Shown in pieces: positions 10,015 to 19,379 of a stretch of DNA of 64,000 nt; position 1 is the first letter of the stretch; the number at the start of each line of letters is the position of its first letter. The position numbers and the translations under genes were made by a program. The notes under the pieces were generated by a model. That model saw only the letters and a program-made list of their open reading frames with translations. It did no database searches and was not told where the DNA came from. The DNA is taken from contig CBFFRQ010000066.1 in NCBI GenBank assembly GCA_965644315.1, positions 558,001 through 622,000 on the forward strand. The letters are read 5' to 3'. This DNA is from Caecitellus pseudoparvulus (lineage: Eukaryota > Protista > Bigyra: Bicosoecida).

Positions 10015-10043
10015 ATAAATTATTATAAAATAACTTATTTATT
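10010..10043. terminator. AT-rich hairpin between convergent GIY-YIG and nuclease N-half genes
   Basis: AATAAATAA (10010-10018) pairs with TTATTTATT (10035-10043), with an inner TTATT/AATAA stem. Confidence 0.4.
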
Positions 10044-10290
10044 GTTTATTTAAAAGTTCATTTAATACATACCTCATTTTATATTTATTGCGTGTATTGG
10101 TTCGTGTTTTAAGCTCAATATTATATTTATTATCAATTGATACGAAATCAAAATGGTTATAGCAATATGTAGTTTTATAAAATTTATTTTTAGTTACTTT
10201 ATTTATTTGTTCTAATACTTTTTGTTCTTGTTGTAAGCCAAATTTTAAATCTCTTTTAATGCTCTGTATATCGAGGCTGGTGTGCCACAT
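10039..10290 (-). CDS. N-terminal half of a split PD-(D/E)xK nuclease
   Basis: DLKFGLQQE..VL..YNHFDF..NIELKTR carries the E...D...ExK active-site pattern, then ends prematurely after KYKM. Confidence 0.7.
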   Translation of the reverse strand: MWHTSLDIQSIKRDLKFGLQQEQKVLEQINKVTKNKFYKTTYCYNHFDFVSIDNKYNIELKTRTNTRNKYKMRYVLNELLNKQ

Positions 10291-10443
10291 ATAATATAGA
10301 AATAGAAAAAAACCAAAGAAAAAGGTTCTTATATAAAATGAAAGAATAAGGTGCGTTAGGTTATAACCATTATATTATTAATTCCCTTTTAAAAGGTTTT
10401 TTTGGTGTCCAGAAAAAAGGTTATGAGGGTGGGATTTACGGTC

Positions 10444-10870
10444 GGACAGGAACAGGAAAATTATTTAAAAAACCTTATTTAGGAAATACCTTTTTCTATT
10501 TTTTTTTAAAATTTGCTGTCTGTCCTGTCTCCTGTCTTAGGTTATTTTATATTAGGTCTTCATTTTATTTCTCATATGAAAGGTAAATTTTTAAAATGGG
10601 TATTATTTTTGGGACAGACAGATACAGCAAAAATTGGTAATTAAATTGAAATATCAAAAAGCTTTTTCTATTTTTTTTTTAAATTTGCTGTCTGTCCTGT
10701 CTCCTGTCTTAGGTTATTAAAATATAATATATAATAATTTCTCATATGAAAGGTAACCCTCAAAAAGAAAAAAATTTATTTTTTTCCGCTATTCATTAAA
10801 TCTCATTTGATGAATTAAGGAAGGAAAGAAAAAAGCGAATGCGACCTTCTTCCTTCCCTTTTTTTTTCTT
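10444..10870. repeat. Terminal repeat region of the element (probable TIR): two ~96-bp direct repeats plus inverted subcopies
   Basis: Copies at 10490-10586 and 10662-10756 (ctttttctattt..aaatttgctgtctgtcctgtctcctgtcttaggttatt..tttctcatatgaaaggtaa). Inverted partial copies at ~10444-10472 and ~10612-10635. Purine/pyrimidine tract 10817-10870. Confidence 0.75.
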
Positions 10871-10880
10871 GCTTGGGCAG

Positions 10881-13800
10881 AGAGGTCATAGTGCCCGGAG
10901 CACACCGACAGCTGAAGTTGCCCTTGAGCTGGCACGAATTGACGAGAGTGAAGCCGAACGGCTTGCAGCAGTGGAAGCTGTTGCGCAGGTGCGCCTGGCC
11001 AAGTTCCTAGCCGCTGCAGAGGGGGAAGCCGGGGCGTGCACGAGTGCAGCACGGTCGTTCGGTTATGCGATACAAGTTCAAGAGCGACAGCTGGAGCTGT
11101 CCCGAAGTGCCATCGAGGCCCTACATGGGGCCGTGCAAGATCACGAAGCAGAGAGTGCTCGGCAACAAGAGGAGCTTGCGCGCGCCCAAGCCGCTGAGCT
11201 TGAAGCGGCTGTGACGGACATGGAGGCGGAGGCGCTACTTGCAAAACATCAGCTGGAAGCAGAGGAGCTGAAGGCAAAACTCGCTGCTGCTGAGCGGCAG
11301 AAGAGCCTCGCCTTGGAGGAAGTGCGCACCCGGCAGGCGTTGGCGTTGGAGGAGGAGGTCAAGCGGTTGCTTGCCGAGCACGAGCGAGAGCAGGACACCG
11401 CCTCTGCAGCCCGATTGGCAGTGCGGAAAGCCCAGCAAGCCTCAGCAAAGAAGGAGCTGGCGGCGCGCCAGGCACGCCGACGCCAAGCTGCAGCACGGCG
11501 GATGGAAGCTCAGCTGTCGCTAGCTCAAGAGGAGGGAGGGGCGACTGATGAGTTGGAAGCAACACTCCAACAGTGCCTGGATGCCAGTGCTAGTGAAGAG
11601 GAGGGGGCACTGCGGGCGCTGGATGACACATGCAGTGTCGACCAGGAAGCTGCGACTCGGCAGTATGCTGCAGGGGTCACGGCTGGCGTCTCGGAGCGAT
11701 TGCGGGTGGGCTCCACCACCGCTCTGGAGAAGAAGGAGCAGGCAGAAACTGCTGCTCGTATGGCAAGGAACTTGTCCAGCAGCATCGTGGAACAAGCTGA
11801 CAGCGTTCGGCAAGCGATTGAATCCGGAGACCTGCAAGAAGCCACAAGCAAAGCGTATGCTGCTGGTGCTGAGGTCGCCCACGACCGACATCAGGCGACT
11901 CTAGCGGCTCTGCGCGCCCAGCATGAGAAGTGGAAGCAGGAGCAAGAAATGATCTCTTCCATAGAAAGCTCCCTACTTGCTGAGGCGGCCAGGATTCAAG
12001 AAGTATACGCCGCTCAGCGACAGGCGACTGTAAATGCGAAGGGCTGTGCCAGACAGAAGCAGGCCATGGCATTGGAGCTCAAGCTGCAGCGACGCAAGCA
12101 AAAGAAGGCAGCATTGGCTGCCCAGCAGCGAAATGCCAAACGGAAGGAGTTCGTGGCTCGCCAAGAGGCTGAGCTGACTCGGCTGCTTCGGGAGCAGCGC
12201 AGCAAGGTGATGCAGTCTGCTAAGAACGGGAGCCTTTCCATAGTCCATGCTGTTGAGGCTGCAGCAGCAGCAGCTGGTCAGAGCCATGATCAAGAGGCAG
12301 ACAGCGAGGCGGCTGGCATTCAGGCTGAGTACGAGGCAAGGCGCCTGGAGGTAGCCCAACGCCACGCAGCAGAGCTTCAGCGTCTTCGAGATGAGGCGGA
12401 AGAGGAAGAACGGCAGGTGTCCCAGCAAGCTCTTGACGCTGCTGAACGCATGAAACGCGAGCGACTGGCAGCTCTGGAACGGGAAGGCGCAGCGGAAGCT
12501 CAGTGGGGCGCATCGGAGGCGCAGCTTGCCGAAATCAAAGCTGCTCAGGTTGCTGAAGCGCAGAAGGTAGAAGCAGCGGTGGAGGAAGAGCGAAAGAAAC
12601 AGTTGGATAAACTTCAAGCTCAAATTGCAGCGCGGCGTTTGCGGAAAGAGCGCCGGCTGGCTGCCCGGCATGCGCATGAGTCGTCCGAAGTGGAGCGGGG
12701 GGAAGTGCAGGCGCTCGCCGCGTCGCAAGCAGCGGCTGCGAAGCGCAGGGACTTGGTAGCGCTGGAGAGTGCCATACAAGCATCACAAAGCACAGCTGAC
12801 AAGGGGGCTGCCATCGAACGGGTGCTGCGTGTTCGCCATGCACAGGAAACTTCCAACTTGCTGCATGCCCAGTTTGCGCAGCGCTCTGCAGAGCTCAAGC
12901 ACGCGTTGCATGAGATCCTCGGCCTCAAAGCTGAGGAGAAAGCGGAGCTCATGGCAACACTGGAGGAGGCGGAGGCAAGCGATGGCGAGGTGACCCTTGC
13001 CCTGAGTGAACTGGATGCAAAGTTCCAGCAAGCCCTGGCCATCAAGCGCAAGGAGCTCTCGGCGCAGCTGGATGCACAGCACGAAGCACAGCGCGCGGAG
13101 CTCCAACGCCGGCAGATGACAGAGCTTACGGATTCATTTGCGCAGCTGAATCCAGCTGACGTGCTGCGTCGGCAGCAGGCCAAGGAGCGGGAGAGAGCTG
13201 CAGCTGAAACAGAGGACTTGAAGCGACGACTGTTGCTCGAACGCCAGAAGAAGCTTGAGGCTGCTGCAAAGCTTCGTGCCCAGCGTGAAGCGGAGCTTGA
13301 AGCAGCAAAGACTGAAGCGCAGCAGGCGCTTGCGGCACAGCTCGAAGCGCAGAAGGCTGAGCAAGAGCAAGCCATGCGTTTGCAAATGGCAAGCCGCAAG
13401 GCACGACTGCAAGCAGAGGGAGAAAGCAAGATGAAGGAGCAGCTGGAGCTGAGCGGTGAAGATGAAGATACGAAGCGGCGCGTCCTTGAGGAACACAAGC
13501 GCAACATGCAGAGGCTGGAAACGTCCATCTCAAAGGAGCGCCGGCGACAAGCGGAACGTCTGCAGGCACACTTATTGAAGAGGAAGCAGAAACTGCTGCG
13601 AAAGCAGCAGAGAGCACTTGCCCAGGCAAGTCAAGCCGTTGCATCCCAAAGCATTCAGCAGCTGGACACTGCCCTTTCCTCTGCGCACACTATGCGAAGG
13701 GGTCGCAGGAAGGCGGGAGGCGACAAGGTTGCACCCGCAACGGGTGCCCCGACAACTACAGGAAGCGAAGTCTCCCCAGCAAAACCTCCGAGGCCTAGTA

Positions 13801-14672
13801 AATCTCAAGGGCGGAGAGGTCCTCCGAAACTTGCAACCGTGGCGAGCACTGGTGTGCTGGAGCAACGTTTGGGGAACATCGAGCGCTCCTTGGCGAACTT
13901 GCTCTCAGCTACAGCACACATCCCGTCAGCGGCACCGATGCTATGCAGTGCTGATGCGTTTGAGCTTCGTATCCGGGTCGGTAAATTCGTTGAAGTTGCC
14001 AAGGAGCTGCCAGTGGAAGCTCAAGGCATGCTCAGCTTCGGCCAGCGACTCATGTCTACCCTTACTGAGGAAAAGCACCAAGTGCACTTGAAGCCTGCAA
14101 AACAACTGCCCCCTGCAGTAAGCGAGGGGAACGCTTTCAGTCGTTCATATCTGTTTGACCAACCTGCTGGCATCCTGTACGTGCACATTGAGCGACTGTC
14201 GAGGGGAGCCCGCCTACCCATTGTCCTGGCCCACGCTGCAGCTCACATGAAGGTTGATCCGTCAACCATGGGGCCTGACACGAACTCTGTATTTCAAGGG
14301 TGCTTTGGGGAGTTCTTGGCCCAAGTGAGTGAGCTTCTTCTGGAGTTCGGCGGTGGGGTGACGCTAGCTGACTCGGCCCAGCCTCCACCTGATTCGGTGG
14401 CCTTTGCCGCGACGGGAAGCACCCTAGACAAGCCGGAGGCGACGCTGGCAATGCGCTTGCCCTCCTTGGATCCACATCCAGGCCTGGAGGGTGGGGCCGG
14501 CGCGCCTGCGGAAGCCGTTCCTGGCGGCAGGGCTCCAAGCGTCCGTTTAGACACTCGTGCTGATCGTTTGCTCGCCATGCTTGGCCAGAGCAGCACGCGC
14601 AAAATGGACACAGGGGCGGTGGCAGCCCGAGCTCGCGAGTACTCCTCCCGGGCAAAGTCCTTGCTGCAGTGA
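10881..14672 (+). CDS. 3' part of a very large host coiled-coil protein, 5' end interrupted by the viral element
   Basis: >1200 codons of E/A/Q/R-rich coiled coil and a C-terminal GNAFSRSYLFD..LYVHIERL..LAHAAAH domain. The tracked ATG at 10839 lies in AT-rich element sequence. Confidence 0.75.
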   Translation, partial: RGHSARSTPTAEVALELARIDESEAERLAAVEAVAQVRLAKFLAAAEGEAGACTSAARSFGYAIQVQERQLELSRSAIEALHGAVQDHEAESARQQEELARAQAAELEAAVTDMEAEALLAKHQLEAEELKAKLAAAERQKSLALEEVRTRQALALEEEVKRLLAEHEREQDTASAARLAVRKAQQASAKKELAARQARRRQAAARRMEAQLSLAQEEGGATDELEATLQQCLDASASEEEGALRALDDTCSVDQEAATRQYAAGVTAGVSERLRVGSTTALEKKEQAETAARMARNLSSSIVEQADSVRQAIESGDLQEATSKAYAAGAEVAHDRHQATLAALRAQHEKWKQEQEMISSIESSLLAEAARIQEVYAAQRQATVNAKGCARQKQAMALELKLQRRKQKKAALAAQQRNAKRKEFVARQEAELTRLLREQRSKVMQSAKNGSLSIVHAVEAAAAAAGQSHDQEADSEAAGIQAEYEARRLEVAQRHAAELQRLRDEAEEEERQVSQQALDAAERMKRERLAALEREGAAEAQWGASEAQLAEIKAAQVAEAQKVEAAVEEERKKQLDKLQAQIAARRLRKERRLAARHAHESSEVERGEVQALAASQAAAAKRRDLVALESAIQASQSTADKGAAIERVLRVRHAQETSNLLHAQFAQRSAELKHALHEILGLKAEEKAELMATLEEAEASDGEVTLALSELDAKFQQALAIKRKELSAQLDAQHEAQRAELQRRQMTELTDSFAQLNPADVLRRQQAKERERAAAETEDLKRRLLLERQKKLEAAAKLRAQREAELEAAKTEAQQALAAQLEAQKAEQEQAMRLQMASRKARLQAEGESKMKEQLELSGEDEDTKRRVLEEHKRNMQRLETSISKERRRQAERLQAHLLKRKQKLLRKQQRALAQASQAVASQSIQQLDTALSSAHTMRRGRRKAGGDKVAPATGAPTTTGSEVSPAKPPRPSKSQGRRGPPKLATVASTGVLEQRLGNIERSLANLLSATAHIPSAAPMLCSADAFELRIRVGKFVEVAKELPVEAQGMLSFGQRLMSTLTEEKHQVHLKPAKQLPPAVSEGNAFSRSYLFDQPAGILYVHIERLSRGARLPIVLAHAAAHMKVDPSTMGPDTNSVFQGCFGEFLAQVSELLLEFGGGVTLADSAQPPPDSVAFAATGSTLDKPEATLAMRLPSLDPHPGLEGGAGAPAEAVPGGRAPSVRLDTRADRLLAMLGQSSTRKMDTGAVAARAREYSSRAKSLLQ

Positions 14673-14694
14673 GGGCCGGGCGAGTGCAATGCAT

Positions 14695-17103
14695 TCAGCT
14701 GCAAAAGCGAGCCAGCGCCAGTTTGCGTGCTTTGCCGGACAAGGCACCTTGCCAAACTTGCTTCAAGGAATCCTGTCCTTGGCCGCTGACAGTGTCTGCA
14801 ATGTGGCATGCGATGGGGATTGCCGTTTGCAGAAAATGCGCCACATCAGCCACTGGTGTGGACGGGGTAGATTCCTGTGCACGCAGGTCCGGAAGGAAGC
14901 TGCTGCTGGCTTCTCCTGCCACGTCATCAAGGAGGCAGACCAGGTGCAGAGGTGTACTGGTGGCATGGGTCAGGGACAATTTATCGGACGGCCCATCGAG
15001 TGCCTGGATGGAGACGGAGGGGAAGCTGGCAGGGTACAAAGCTGGGAAGCTGACGAGTGCCTGCACGTGGGTGTACCCCACTCTGAAGACGAGCCTCGCA
15101 AACTTGTGGCACGTGGGTTCCGTGGAGGGTGGAGCATCTGCCTTCTGCAGTTGGCGCGTAGGGGCTGGCTTCGTGTCTGCAGTTGGCGCCCCCTCTGCCT
15201 CGCCAAGGATCCACTCGTCGGAGTGCTCAAAAGCCGCAGTCACTTGTGGTTTAGATGGGGCGGTCCTGGAAGGTGATTGCTCGGCACTGGCACCACCTTG
15301 CCACACTGTGCTGCGCTGAAGGCGGCTGGCGAGCTCACTGACATCCGACGCAGCAAACAGCTCTGCGAGGCGTCCCGGTGCCTCGTCAGCCTCCACGACT
15401 CGAACGGAGATAAGTTGGGCTGCCGGCGGGACAGAGGAACCCTGTGCGTGTGTCTGCAAGGCAGCGCGGATGCGCCTGACTGCGCTCTGTACTGCAGGCG
15501 AGGCTGGAGCAAGGCCCTTGCCACAGCTTGCCACCAGGGCCTGCACATGGCTGTGGACGGCGGAATCTCGCAGCAGTCGCAGCGCGAGGGCAGCGACGAT
15601 TGAGCGTGTAGTGGGGACCAGGCTGTGTTTGAGAAATTCAACTGCGGGAGTTGGTTGGGTGGCAGAGTTGGCCAAGGGCAACAGCCCCGCCAGGGCGCTG
15701 GCCCAGACGAAAGGCCGGTGGGGCAGAGCGGTCGGGAACGGCAGTGTCGCGAAACGGGTCGAGGCATGGTCTGCCCCACCATCCATGGGTGGCGATCGAA
15801 GGAGAGGAATAGTGGCGCCAGAATCAGCGGGGAACACGCCGTGCAGGCTGTTCTGACCATCCAGTGGCGCTGCCGTCACCAAGTGCAGGTGCGGCAGCCA
15901 CAGCAGGAGAAAGCGCACAGACGTGGAGCTCGCAGCCGCATCTACAGCGCCCTGAATGCACACGACCACTTGAATGCACCGAGAGTGCGGCACAAACGCG
16001 GCAGCTGCCGTCACTGGCAGCGTTGTGCGTGCACGTGGCGAGGAGGCGTAGCCCAGGCGCCGCGGCTTCGCCGGGGATTCGCCCTCCGACGCCTCTCGAT
16101 CGAACTGTTCCAGCAGCTCCCGCAGTGCAGGAGGGACAGCCTCTTCTGACAGACTGCTGTGAGCCAGAATGTCTTGGGGCACTGCCCGCACTGTGACTTC
16201 TGTCACGGTGCCGGCGATCGAGCCGTGGCCTGGCACAGGGACTCTCTCATTCTGCACCGCAAGCAGCTGGCGGAAGGCAGTGACCATTGGCGGCGGCAGC
16301 TGCTGCATGGCAGACGCCTGGGCCTGCAGGGCGGGCCAGTCCACCTGCAAGAACTGCCCCAGCGGAGCAGCAGCGGCCTTGAGGCTATCCAAGTGGGCAG
16401 GCAGGCTGCCGAGGAAGGCCTGCTGTGCCTCAACTTCGCCGCGCTTGGCTCGGCCCGCGGCTGCGCTGTCTTCGCATGCCTGCAGCAGTTCCTTGCGGCG
16501 CTGCAGCTCGTGCCGGAGCTGGGCCAGAGTGCGGGCGTGTGGGTCTGAAGGCAGTGGTTCGCCCCCCTCCGCTGCAACTTGGTCAGCTGTCGGAAGACTG
16601 ACGCTATCCAGGTGGGCAGTGCTGCACAGGCGAGGGTGGCAAGGCGATGCATGACTTGCAATGCATGGATCAGGGTGCGCGGCCAACGTACGCAAGGTGC
16701 TTGCAGCGTGCGATTTCGGTGTGGATGCCAGCCTTCTGGCTCTGCAGGTTGGCCAGCTTCAGCTCGTGCGCATCTGCCTCTGACCGGCTTGTTTCAATTG
16801 ACTCTTGCTCAGCGTGCACCCCCACACTGCTTTGCCTGAATGTCTTGCTCAGGTCTGCCAGCAGCTGCAGGGTGTTTGCGAGGTCTCTCTGCAGTGGATT
16901 CCAAGCGGGATGAATGCAATTTCCGCCGGGTGCACCAGACCTGCTCGAGTACGCACCGTGGGCTGTTCTCCAGCCCGCCCCGCAGCTGCAATACGATGCA
17001 CAGCAGACTTGATGGCTTGCAGCCGCGACAGCGAAGTTGCTGCAGCAGCTGCAGCGTCTGCGTGGCTCGCGGCTCCTGCCGTGGCCGGCTCGGATGCTGC
17101 CAT
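14695..17103 (-). CDS. THOC5: THO complex subunit 5
   Basis: LKLANLQSQKAGIHTEIARC..DPHARTLAQLRHELQRRKEL..FLGSLPAHL..LPPPM..FRQL. Introns at 16889-16956 and 16622-16691 join three tracked ORFs in frame. Confidence 0.8.
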
Positions 17104-17462
17104 GTCGGACAAAGGTGCCTCCGCCAAGCTCCGTCTGCAGGCTGAAGGAGGCAAGAAAGCGGCACAAGCTTATAAAAACTATGAAGTGCGCCTGAAGAAC
17201 AGGGACTGAAGCGCACCGTGTTCGTTTTTGCGCTGCGCCGGCTGTGTCTGTGTTGGCCTGCGCATGAGCACCCCTCACAAGCCGTCGCGAAAGCAGCTCC
17301 CAAGTAAGCACCTGATGCCGGCACACACCCAAGCCACATTTCAGAAAACCACAAATACCAAGTCTGGCTTATTCTTCAGATCTGCGTGATTCGTCCCGCA
17401 AGCGCTGCTTGAGCCTCCACCAAAGTAGGAGTCTGCACCATCAAATCCCGCACAAGTCAGCC

Positions 17463-18230
17463 ATGGCCGCTGCCACTGCACGTGTAGGCAAGAAGCTGGT
17501 GTTTTTCGGCGCCCCTGGCGTGGGCAAGGGGACGTATGCTGGCCGCATCGCGCCCAAGCTGGGCATTCCCACCATCAGCACCGGGGACATCGTCCGTGCT
17601 GAGATCAAAGCCGGCAGCGAGCTGGGCGCCAAAGTGCAGGTGAGTCTGGCTGCGGCAGGCGGCGCGCGGGTCACACTGCCACGGTGCGCCTTTGCGAGGC
17701 CGCCGCAGGAGTTCAACGACAAGGGACAACTGGTGCCTGACGAAATCGTCACTGCCATGGTGAAGAAGCGCCTGGCTGAGCCAGATGCCGCGGAAGGGTA
17801 CATTCTGGACGGCTACCCCCGCACGCTGCAGCAAGCCCGTGACCTGGCCGAATTCCAGGACGTGGACTGCGTCGTGAACTTGAGCCTGCCAGACGACATC
17901 CTGGTGGCCAAGCTCCTGGGGCGCCGCATGTGTGCAGACTGTGGGAAGAACTACAACGTCACGGAGATCAAGGAGCCCGGGTACGAAATGCCACCGCTGC
18001 TGCCCAAGCCCGCTGACTGCGACACGTGCAAAGGGCAGCCCAAGCTGGTGTCCCGGCAAGACGACGTGGAGGAGGTCATCCGGGACCGCCTGGCAGTGTA
18101 CAAGAAGGAGACCCTGCCCCTGGTGGGCTTTTACTCCGAGCAGGGCAAGGTGTTGGACTTTGAAGTGAAGCAGGGCCTTGCAGACATGCCGCGCCTGCTG
18201 GACAGCATGGGGGTGCAGGAAGCCCGGTGA
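17463..18230 (+). CDS. adk: Adenylate kinase
   Basis: GAPGVGKGT, ISTGD, GYILDGYPRT and CxxC LID. In-frame intron 17640-17708. Confidence 0.95.
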   Translation: MAAATARVGKKLVFFGAPGVGKGTYAGRIAPKLGIPTISTGDIVRAEIKAGSELGAKVQVSLAAAGGARVTLPRCAFARPPQEFNDKGQLVPDEIVTAMVKKRLAEPDAAEGYILDGYPRTLQQARDLAEFQDVDCVVNLSLPDDILVAKLLGRRMCADCGKNYNVTEIKEPGYEMPPLLPKPADCDTCKGQPKLVSRQDDVEEVIRDRLAVYKKETLPLVGFYSEQGKVLDFEVKQGLADMPRLLDSMGVQEAR

Positions 18231-18254
18231 GGCCCCCTGCAATGCACGTGCGCT

Positions 18255-19222
18255 TTACAACTTGCCCTCCGACCGGGCAGCCCACCAGGCCATAACCGCC
18301 TCCGCGACATCCCCCTCGTCCAGCCGTTTTTGCAGCAACTGCAGCTCCCACGTCACGACGCGGTGCAAGGCCTCCCGTCGCTCGCCCTGCAACATGCTGC
18401 GGAACATGCGTGCAGACTTCGTGCCTAGTGGTGTGTGTGCAAGGGCCAGCGCGAGGCCTAACGCCTGCTCCAGGGCTGCGCCGGGGGCTGTGACTCGCGA
18501 GATGAAGCCAAGGCGCAGCGCCTCATCCGCAGCCAGCTTGCGGCCCGTGTACAGCAGGTCGTGAGCAGTGGCGCGTCCCAACGCCCCAGCAAAGAGTTGT
18601 GTCGCCGCGAATTCCGGGACGACTGCGTTGCGCATGAAGGGCGTCTGAAAGTACGCCGTCTTGGACGCGACCACAATGTCCTGTGAGGCGGGACGAGGGG
18701 CCTGCTTGGCGGAGCATGCATCTGCACGCCGCTGGAGGACGCACACAATGGGGAACCAGTGTGCACCCGATGCCAACTGCTGCACCCTCAATGGCAGCGA
18801 TGACGGGCACTGCACAGTCGATCTGTGGAAGCAAAGGGGTCGCCTGGTGTGTGTCGTGCGGCGTGGCTGAGCAACCAATTTCCGCGCACCATGGCATGCA
18901 TGAAGTCCGCGACGGGGGCACGGTCCAGGCCCACCTCTGAGGAGGGAGAGGAGCCAGACACATCAGCTCCAGATGTAAAGTTCCCCGCGCTGCCCGTCAG
19001 CACCACTGCCGTCGCGCCTGCACCCGCTGTCGTGCCTGGCCACGCCATGGCTTTCGCAAGGGTTGCGAGCATGCTGGGTGTCACTGCGTTCAGCTTGCGA
19101 GGGCGCTGCAGCGTGACGAGCAGCACTGCGCCATCAAGCAGCTCCACCCTGACTTCCGGCGAGGTGAGGGCCTGCACTGGCTCCGGCACGGCCCCTGCAT
19201 GCCCTGGCCCAGAGGCAGCCAT
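18255..19222 (-). CDS. Enoyl-CoA hydratase/isomerase (ECI2-like)
   Basis: LQRPRKLNA, FTSGAD, PVIAAIEGAAVGIG, DIVVAS..FQTPF..PEF spread over several exons. Confidence 0.85.
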
Positions 19223-19379
19223 GGCGAAGGAAATGCGCAGGGGTGCGGTCGTGGCAGTGCACGCCACTGCCTGCATGCAGTGGCTCGGTACATACAACGG
19301 GGGGTTCGGGTGTGCATGCATTTTGCAGCGTGGAGGGGTGTGTTCCTGACGCGGTGCGCAGGACCCACAGCCTGGGAAG

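Larger units (their letters stand above)
1..10880. mobile_element. Endogenous Polinton-like virus / virophage-like element, right portion (left part outside window)
   Basis: Abrupt AT-rich to GC-rich switch at ~10870-10896. Intronless, tightly packed genes including the mCP-MCP-packaging ATPase morphogenetic module, lipase and GIY-YIG, with a repeat-rich non-coding end. Exact right junction uncertain (10880-10896). Confidence 0.9.

Noticed and set aside
9278-10072. Spliceosomal intron removing the GIY-YIG gene (minus-strand AG|GTATGT donor at 10072, TTAAC branch-like site near 9301-9305)
   Set aside because: The available AG acceptors (9313, 9278) give a frameshift or immediate stop with this donor. 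A weaker donor 4 nt downstream is in frame but deletes the MEK segment. Not supportable without cDNA.
9287-10075. Group I intron hosting the GIY-YIG ORF
   Set aside because: Only about 60 nt flank the ORF on each side, the ORF is antisense, and no ribozyme core is recognisable.
1-10880. Mavirus-type virophage (EMALE) in the strict sense, or a bacteriophage/bacterial contaminant
   Set aside because: The MCP is short and no protease lies beside the capsid genes. There are no Shine-Dalgarno sites, terminase or portal. Integrase and polymerase are not visible in this window, so the call stays PLV-like.
10839-10880. ATG 10839 as the native start of the host 1277-aa protein
   Set aside because: It lies in element-type sequence and encodes a poly-Phe stretch unlike the rest of the protein.
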